Shown piece by piece: positions 58,743-64,000 of a stretch of 64,000 nucleotides of DNA; position 1 is the first letter of the stretch; the number at the start of each line of letters is the position of its first letter. Where the stretch lies: positions 12,614 to 76,613 of the forward strand of contig JBOGDS010000003.1 of assembly GCA_050743075.1 (NCBI GenBank), in the 5' to 3' direction. The position numbers and the translations under genes are program-made. Source of the DNA: Jiangellaceae bacterium (GTDB lineage Bacteria > Actinomycetota > Actinomycetes > Jiangellales > Jiangellaceae). The notes under the pieces were generated by a model. The model was not told the DNA's origin. It did no database searches and saw nothing but the letters and a program-made list of their open reading frames with translations.

Positions 58743-59497
58743 GCCCATCTTCGAGATCCGTGACATCGAGGCCGGCTACGGCCGGGCCGCGCTGGTGCTA
58801 CGCGGGCTGTCGGTGAGCGTCGACGCGGGCGACGTCGTCTGCCTGGTCGGGCCGAACGGCGCCGAAGTCGACGGTCCTGAAGGTCGCGAGCGGCCTTCTG
58901 CGTCCCCGGTCCGGACGGGTCCTGCTGCGGGGTGAGGACGTGACCGGCCTGCGCCCGCAGGAGCTCCTCCGCAGGGGGATCGCCCACGTGCTCCAGGGGC
59001 ACAGCGTCTTCCCCGAGATGACCGTCGAAGAGAACGTCCGGCTCGGCGCGTACAGCATCCGCGACGCCGCGCTCGTCACCCAGCGCTGCAGACGGGTGAA
59101 GGAGATCTTCCCGATCGTCGGCGAACGCTGGAAGACGACGGCAGGGCTGCTCTCCGGCGGTCAGCAGAAGCAGGTCGAGTTCGCCCGGGCCATGATGCTC
59201 GAGCCCGCGGTGGTGCTGCTGGACGAGCCGTCGATGGGCCTGGATCCGCGTACGACCAGCACGGTCTTCGAGCAGATCGCGCGGATGCGCGAGATCGGCA
59301 CCGCGGTCATGATCGTGGAGCAGAACGCCCGCCGCGCCCTGCAGATGGCCGACGTGGGCTGCGTGCTCGACCTCGGGCGCATCCACCTGTCCGGGCCCGC
59401 CGGCGAGCTTCTCGCCGACCCGTCGTTGGGCGCCCTCTATCTCGGCGGCAGTGCCGCCCGTACCGCGTCCGCAAGCCTGACCGACCCGGGAGAGTGA
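58735..59497 (+). pseudogene. livF: LivF-like ABC ATP-binding protein, frameshifted inside the Walker A motif
   Basis: '...VVCLVGPNGA' (frame 1), then 'KSTVLKVASGLLRPRSGRVLLRGEDVTGLRPQELLRRGIAHVLQG...LSGGQQKQVEFARAMM' (frame 2). Only one nucleotide (58864) remains where a Gly codon is expected. Confidence 0.8.
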
Positions 59498-60651
59498 CAG
59501 TGCCGACGAGGACCGTGACCATCGCCATGAACGGCGTGACCGGGCGGATGGGCCGCAACCAGCACCTGGCCCGTTCGATCCTGGCCATCCGGGACCAGGG
59601 GGGCGTGGCGCTCGGTGGCGGCGACGTGATCTGGCCGGAGCCCATCCTGGTCGGCCGCGACGCGTCCCGGCTGGCTGCGGTCGCCAAGGAGAGTGGCCTG
59701 GACCGGTACAGCACCGATCTCGCGGCCGTGCTCGACGACCCGGCCGTCGACGTCTACTTCGACGCCACCGCGACGGGTGCTCGACCCGCCGGCGTGCGGG
59801 CAGCCATCCTGGCCGGCAAGGCGGTCTACTGCGAGAAGCCGCTGTCGACATCTGCGGCCGAGGCGGCCGAGCTTGCGGCATTGGCAACATCCACCGGCGT
59901 CAAGAACGGCATCGTCACCGACAAGCTGTTCCTGCCCGGCCTGCGCAAGCTCGATCGGGCGGTCCGCAGTGGCTTCTTCGGCCGGCTGCTCTCGGTGCGG
60001 TGCGACTTCGGGTACTGGGTCTTCGAGGGGCATCAGGAGCCGTCCCAGCGGCCGAGCTGGAACTACCGGCGGGAGGAGGGCGGTGGCATGGTCCTGGACA
60101 TGTTCCCGCACTGGCAGTACGTCCTCGAGGCGTTGTTCGGTGACGTCCGGTCGGTCCTCTGCCATGCCGTGACCCACATCCCGGAACGGGTCGACGAGCA
60201 GCGTGCGGCCTACGCCGCGACTGCCGACGACGCCGCCTACGCCCTGATGGAGCTCGACGGCGGCGCGGTGGCCTCGTTCACGTGCTCGTGGGCGACGCGG
60301 GTGTGGCGCGACGAGCTCGTCGAGTTCCAGGTCGACGGCACGCTGGGCTCCGCGGTGGCCGGCCTGCGCAACTGCCACCTGCAGCCCCGGTCGGCGACAC
60401 CGCGGCCGGTGTGGAACCCGGACATCTCCAACCCGATCGACTTCCGCTCCACCTGGGTCGAGGCGCCGGCGGTCGATCCCGAGGAGAACGCGTTCAAGCA
60501 CCAATGGGAGGCGTTCCTACGCCACGTCGTCGCCGACGAACCCTTCGACCAGACGCTCCAGTCCGGCGCGCGCGGGTCGCTGCTCGTGGAGCTGGCGCTG
60601 CGCTCGTCGGTGGAACGGCGCTGGGTCGACGTGCCGCCACGGGAGCTCTGA
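59494..60651 (+). CDS. Gfo/Idh/MocA-family oxidoreductase
   Basis: 'VTIAMNGVTGRMG', 'AVYCEKPL'. GTGA overlap with livF. Confidence 0.85.
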   Translation: MTVPTRTVTIAMNGVTGRMGRNQHLARSILAIRDQGGVALGGGDVIWPEPILVGRDASRLAAVAKESGLDRYSTDLAAVLDDPAVDVYFDATATGARPAGVRAAILAGKAVYCEKPLSTSAAEAAELAALATSTGVKNGIVTDKLFLPGLRKLDRAVRSGFFGRLLSVRCDFGYWVFEGHQEPSQRPSWNYRREEGGGMVLDMFPHWQYVLEALFGDVRSVLCHAVTHIPERVDEQRAAYAATADDAAYALMELDGGAVASFTCSWATRVWRDELVEFQVDGTLGSAVAGLRNCHLQPRSATPRPVWNPDISNPIDFRSTWVEAPAVDPEENAFKHQWEAFLRHVVADEPFDQTLQSGARGSLLVELALRSSVERRWVDVPPREL

Positions 60652-60656
60652 GCGCA

Positions 60657-61817
60657 GTGCCCGGGCTGCTGTTGCCGACGCGGGACGGAGTGCTCGAGCC
60701 GTGGCGGCCCTCCGGCCGGACGCCGGTCGCCCCGGCCCCGCGTCCACCGTCGTCGCGGACCGCGTATGCGGCCGTACACGTGGTGGCCGATCCCCTCTCC
60801 CCCGCCGACCCGGCCGTGCGGACTGTGCTCGACTGGGACGCCACGATGGCCTTCCGCCGCCATGTGTGGTCGTGCGGGCTCGGCGTGGCCGAGGCGATGG
60901 ACACCGCGCAGCGCGGCATGGGCCTGGACTGGTCGACTACTCGCGAGCTGATCGTCCGGACCGGCACGCAGGCGCGTGCCGTCGGCGGGGCGTGGTGTGC
61001 GGGCGTCGGCACCGACCAGCTGCTACCCGGGCCGGCGACGGTCGACGACGTCGTGACGGCCTGGCGTGAGCAGCTGGCCGTCGTGACCGCAGCGGGGGCC
61101 GTGCCGGTCGTCATGGCCAGCCGGGCACTGGCCGGCGCCGCCCGCGGTCCGGACGACTACCACCGGGCGTACGGGAAGCTCCTGGCCGACGCCGACGGCC
61201 CGGTACTCCTGCACTGGCTCGGCGAACCGTTCGACCAGACGCTCGCCGGCTACTGGGGCCGTGCGGACGTCGGCGACGCGGCAACCGAGCTGGCGGCGCT
61301 GTGCCGGGAGCACGAGCGCGTCGTGGCGGGTGTCAAGGTCTCGGTGCTCGACGCGGACGTCGAGGTCGCGTTCCGCCGCGGGCTGCCGTCGTCGGTGGCG
61401 TGCTACACGGGCGACGATTTCTCGTATCCGCAGCTGCTTGCCGGTGATGATCACGGCTACAGCGAGGCCCTGCTGGGCATCTTCGACCCGATCGCCGCGG
61501 TGGCGTCCGCAGCCCTGGCCCGACTCGACGCCGGTCACGTCGCCGGTTTTCACGAGCTCCTCGACCCGACCGTCCGGCTGGCCCGGGAGATCTTCCGCGC
61601 GCCGACGCCCCACTACAAGGTCGGGGTCGTCTTCCTGGCGTACCTGGCGGGGCACCAGCGGCACCTGCGGATGGTCGGTGGCCTCGAGTCCGCCCGGTCG
61701 ATCGTCCATCTCGCCGAGGTGCTGCGCCGCGCCGACGCCGCCGGCGTGATCCCTGACCCCGACCTCGCGGTGGCCCGGATGCGCCCGCTGCTCGCAGCAT
61801 CCGGCATCGATGGCTGA
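60657..61817 (+). CDS. DUF993-family (dihydrodipicolinate-synthase-like) protein
   Basis: 'TAYAAVHVVADPLSP...LDWDATMAFRRHVWSCGLGVAEAMDTAQRGMGLDW'. GTG at 60657. Confidence 0.7.
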   Translation: MPGLLLPTRDGVLEPWRPSGRTPVAPAPRPPSSRTAYAAVHVVADPLSPADPAVRTVLDWDATMAFRRHVWSCGLGVAEAMDTAQRGMGLDWSTTRELIVRTGTQARAVGGAWCAGVGTDQLLPGPATVDDVVTAWREQLAVVTAAGAVPVVMASRALAGAARGPDDYHRAYGKLLADADGPVLLHWLGEPFDQTLAGYWGRADVGDAATELAALCREHERVVAGVKVSVLDADVEVAFRRGLPSSVACYTGDDFSYPQLLAGDDHGYSEALLGIFDPIAAVASAALARLDAGHVAGFHELLDPTVRLAREIFRAPTPHYKVGVVFLAYLAGHQRHLRMVGGLESARSIVHLAEVLRRADAAGVIPDPDLAVARMRPLLAASGIDG

Positions 61818-62551
61818 CGGCGCAGTCCTTGCGGCGGTCGTCGCCGCGTTCGTGGCCGGATCCCTGCTCAAGGGGGTGACCGGACTCGGGTTGCCGCCGG
61901 TCGTACTGCCCGTGCTCACACCACTCGTCGGTGTCGAGCACGCCGTGGCTGTGCTGGCGCTTCCGACCGTCGTCGGCAACGGGTGGTTGGCGTGGACCAA
62001 CCGGCAGGCACGATCTGAGAACCCCTGGCTGGCGATCCTGGCGGCCACGGCCACCGTCGGTGGCGTCGCCGGGGCCTTCATCCTGGTCACAGTCGACGAG
62101 CGGGGTCCTGGCGGTCACACTGGTCCTCCTCGTTGTCACCATGATCGTCGTGCGGGTACGCAGACCGGACTGGCGACTGCGCCGGACGGCTGCGCGGGTG
62201 GGAGCCGCACCGGTGGGTCTTGTCGGTGGCGCCCTCCAAGGGGCGACCGGCCTGTCAGCAGCCGTCGTCGGAACGTGGACCAACGCTCTGGGCCTGTCCC
62301 GCGACGGCTTTGTCCTGACGACGTCGGTGGTCCTGCAGCTGGCGTCGCTGTCGCAAGCGGTGACGTAGGTGGGGCTCGGTGCGCTCTCCGGCGATCGGCT
62401 CTGGCAGGCCGGCCTGGCGTGCGGTCTCGTCCTGGCACTGCTGCCGGTCGGGCAACGGCTCGGACGCCGCTTGCACCCGGCGTGGTTCGACCGCCTGGTG
62501 CTCGTGGTCCTGCTCGGCTCGGCGACCGGGCTGCTCGTGGAGGTGCTGTGA
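61810..62551 (+). pseudogene. TauE/SafE-family membrane transporter with one frameshift and one in-frame TAG
   Basis: 'MADGAVLAAVVAAFVAGSLLKGVTGLG...GAFILVTVDER' (frame 1). 'VLAVTLVLLVVTMIVV...GGALQGATGLSAAVV...LSQAVT' (frame 2). TAG at 62366..62368. Then 'VGLGALSGDRLWQAGLACGLVLALLPVG...' in the same frame. Confidence 0.7.
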
Positions 62552-63363
62552 TGGACCGGTTGAGCCTCAACCAGATCACCGCGCGCGGATGGTCGCTGCC
62601 CGATGCCGTCGCGGGCTGTGCCCGGGCGGGCGTCGGGTGGATCGGTCTGTGGCGCGACAAGGTGGCCGAGGTCGGCGTCGACCACGCGGCGCGACAGGTA
62701 CGGGCGCACGGCCTGCGGGTGTCGTCCCTGTGCCGGGGCGGCTTCTTCACCGGCATGGGGCCGGAGGGTCCTACGGGCGACGGCATCGCGGAGACCCGAC
62801 GGGCATTGGAAGAGGCCGCCGCGTTGGAGGCCGCGGTGCTGGTTCTCGTCGTGGGCGGCGTGGCCGATCGTGATCTCGCGGGCTCCCGACGCCGGGTGGC
62901 AGACGCGCTCGAGCAGCTGGTGCCGGACGCGCTACGCCTCGGTGTCCGGATGGGACTCGAGCCGCCGCATCCGATGCAGTGCGCGCAGCGCTCGGTGCTC
63001 TCGACCCTCCACCAGGCGCTCGAGCTGGCTGCTCCGTACCCGGCGTCGGCGGTGGGCGTGGTGATCGACGAGTTCCACGTCTGGTGGGACCCCGCGATCG
63101 AGCAGTCCATCGCCGCGGCGCCGGGCCGGATCGCCAGCTTCCAGGTCTGCGACGAGCTGGTACCGCTGCCTGACACGCTCCTGGGCCGGGGGCTTCCCGG
63201 CCAGGGTCCCATCCAGCACCGGACGTTGCGCCGGTGGGTGGATGCGGCCGGCTACGACGGTCCCATCGAGGTGGAGATCTTCAACGCCGAGCTGTGGGCC
63301 CGGCCCGGCGACGAGGTGCTGGCCGACGTGATCTCGTCGTACCAGCAACACGTAGTCGGCTAG
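62551..63363 (+). CDS. sugar phosphate isomerase/epimerase (xylose-isomerase-like TIM barrel)
   Basis: 'MDRLSLNQITARGWSLPDAVAGCARAGVGWIGLWRDKV', 'GPIEVEIFN'. ATG at 62551 (TGATG junction). Confidence 0.8.
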   Translation: MDRLSLNQITARGWSLPDAVAGCARAGVGWIGLWRDKVAEVGVDHAARQVRAHGLRVSSLCRGGFFTGMGPEGPTGDGIAETRRALEEAAALEAAVLVLVVGGVADRDLAGSRRRVADALEQLVPDALRLGVRMGLEPPHPMQCAQRSVLSTLHQALELAAPYPASAVGVVIDEFHVWWDPAIEQSIAAAPGRIASFQVCDELVPLPDTLLGRGLPGQGPIQHRTLRRWVDAAGYDGPIEVEIFNAELWARPGDEVLADVISSYQQHVVG

Positions 63364-63411
63364 CACCTGCAGCGCGCTCGTCGCCGTCCGACACCGCCGA
63401 TGCGAGAGGGC

Positions 63412-63534
63412 TCAGGTGACGATCGCCGCCCGCCACAGCTCCGGTGGGATCTGGTTCCGGTCGGCGAAGTCGTCCCACGACGCGAAGCCCGGCGGCGGTG
63501 GCTCCTCCTCCGCCACCTGAAACCCCAGAGCCAT
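63412..63534 (-). CDS. candidate 40-aa small protein (hypothetical)
   Basis: GGAGGTG lies 6 nt upstream of the ATG. 'MALGFQVAEEEPPPPGFASWDDFADRNQIPPELWRAAIVT'. 36 of 40 codons end in G or C. Below the ORF-track length cutoff. Confidence 0.3.
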   Translation of the reverse strand: MALGFQVAEEEPPPPGFASWDDFADRNQIPPELWRAAIVT

Positions 63535-63655
63535 CTGGCTCACCTCCCGCCCTGGACGCTAGACGCAGCGTCCGACACCCAGCCCGGTCGCCGTGCCCTT
63601 CGACTGACCTGGGGCCGTCGTCGACGAGCGTGAACGCTGCGAGTCACCGGCGCTC

Positions 63656-64000
63656 TCACCGGCCGAGGAAGGCGCCTCCGTTGACGTGGAGAACTTGGCC
63701 CGTGATGTGGCCAGCCTGCGCCGAGGCGAGGAACAGCACCATGGCTGCGACATCGGCCGGCGTGCCGGCACGCTGGTTGCGGGTCGCCGCCACCCGGCGC
63801 TCGATGCCGGCGTCGGTGAGGCGTCCACGGAAGAACTCCGTGTCGAGAATGAGCCCGGGCGATACCACGTTCGCCGTGATACCTCTCGGGCCGAGGTCGG
63901 AAGCCACGCTCGCCGTCCACGCCTCGATCGCCGCCTTCGCCGCCCCGTAGCTTCCGGCGCCCAGTCGTGCGGCGATCGACCCGATCGTGACGATCCGGCC
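63656..64000 (-). CDS. short-chain dehydrogenase/reductase (SDR), 5' end outside the window
   Basis: 'YGAAKAAIEAWTASVASDLGPRGITANVVSPGLI...GQVLHVNGG', the catalytic YxxxK and typical SDR C-terminus. The frame is open to the window edge. Confidence 0.85.
   Translation of the reverse strand, partial: GRIVTIGSIAARLGAGSYGAAKAAIEAWTASVASDLGPRGITANVVSPGLILDTEFFRGRLTDAGIERRVAATRNQRAGTPADVAAMVLFLASAQAGHITGQVLHVNGGAFLGR

Overview
High-GC actinobacterial chromosomal segment with about 70 protein-coding loci, one tRNA and one riboswitch. All family calls were made by eye from the supplied translations and the nucleotide sequence; no searches were run. Two blocks are conserved core synteny and are fully intact. 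Block one (6.9-14.3 kb) is parA-like/scpA/scpB/rluB/aroH/tyrA-cmk/plsC/der, mostly joined by overlapping start and stop codons; from memory it matches the M. tuberculosis Rv1708-Rv1713 neighbourhood. Block two (20.2-29.1 kb) is pgsA-like/DUF881/small basic protein/DUF881/gcvH/FHA/MerR/bifunctional nuclease/MerR/glycine riboswitch/gcvP, matching Rv1822-Rv1832. The rest is accessory. It holds a decayed left end (three pseudogenes in 1.5-6.2 kb), a DUF305/secreted-protein pair next to tRNA-Pro(GGG), and a PE-ligase LigD. It also holds TldD/PmbA, an srsABC-like type III PKS operon, and sigK-rskA coupled to an internally duplicated lipoprotein. Further accessory content is a four-gene surface operon (DUF11, SBP-VWA, a NodB protein with a degenerate catalytic motif, HAD phosphatase), several ECF/SigJ sigma loci with two SigJ gene remnants, and a class-II UvrA plus VOC/AraC cluster. 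An orphan, damaged livGF pair and a sugar/inositol-type catabolic cluster complete it. The most unusual locus is 49.1-52.4 kb. It is an accessory Rieske/cytochrome b (QcrAB-like) pair with no cytochrome c gene, translationally coupled to a membrane J-domain protein. The last transmembrane helix of that protein is encoded by a (GTA)13 microsatellite. No CRISPR array, intact transposase, integrase or recognisable defence system was seen. At least nine genes are disrupted, all in accessory DNA. Whether these are real decay or assembly errors cannot be decided from this sequence alone.
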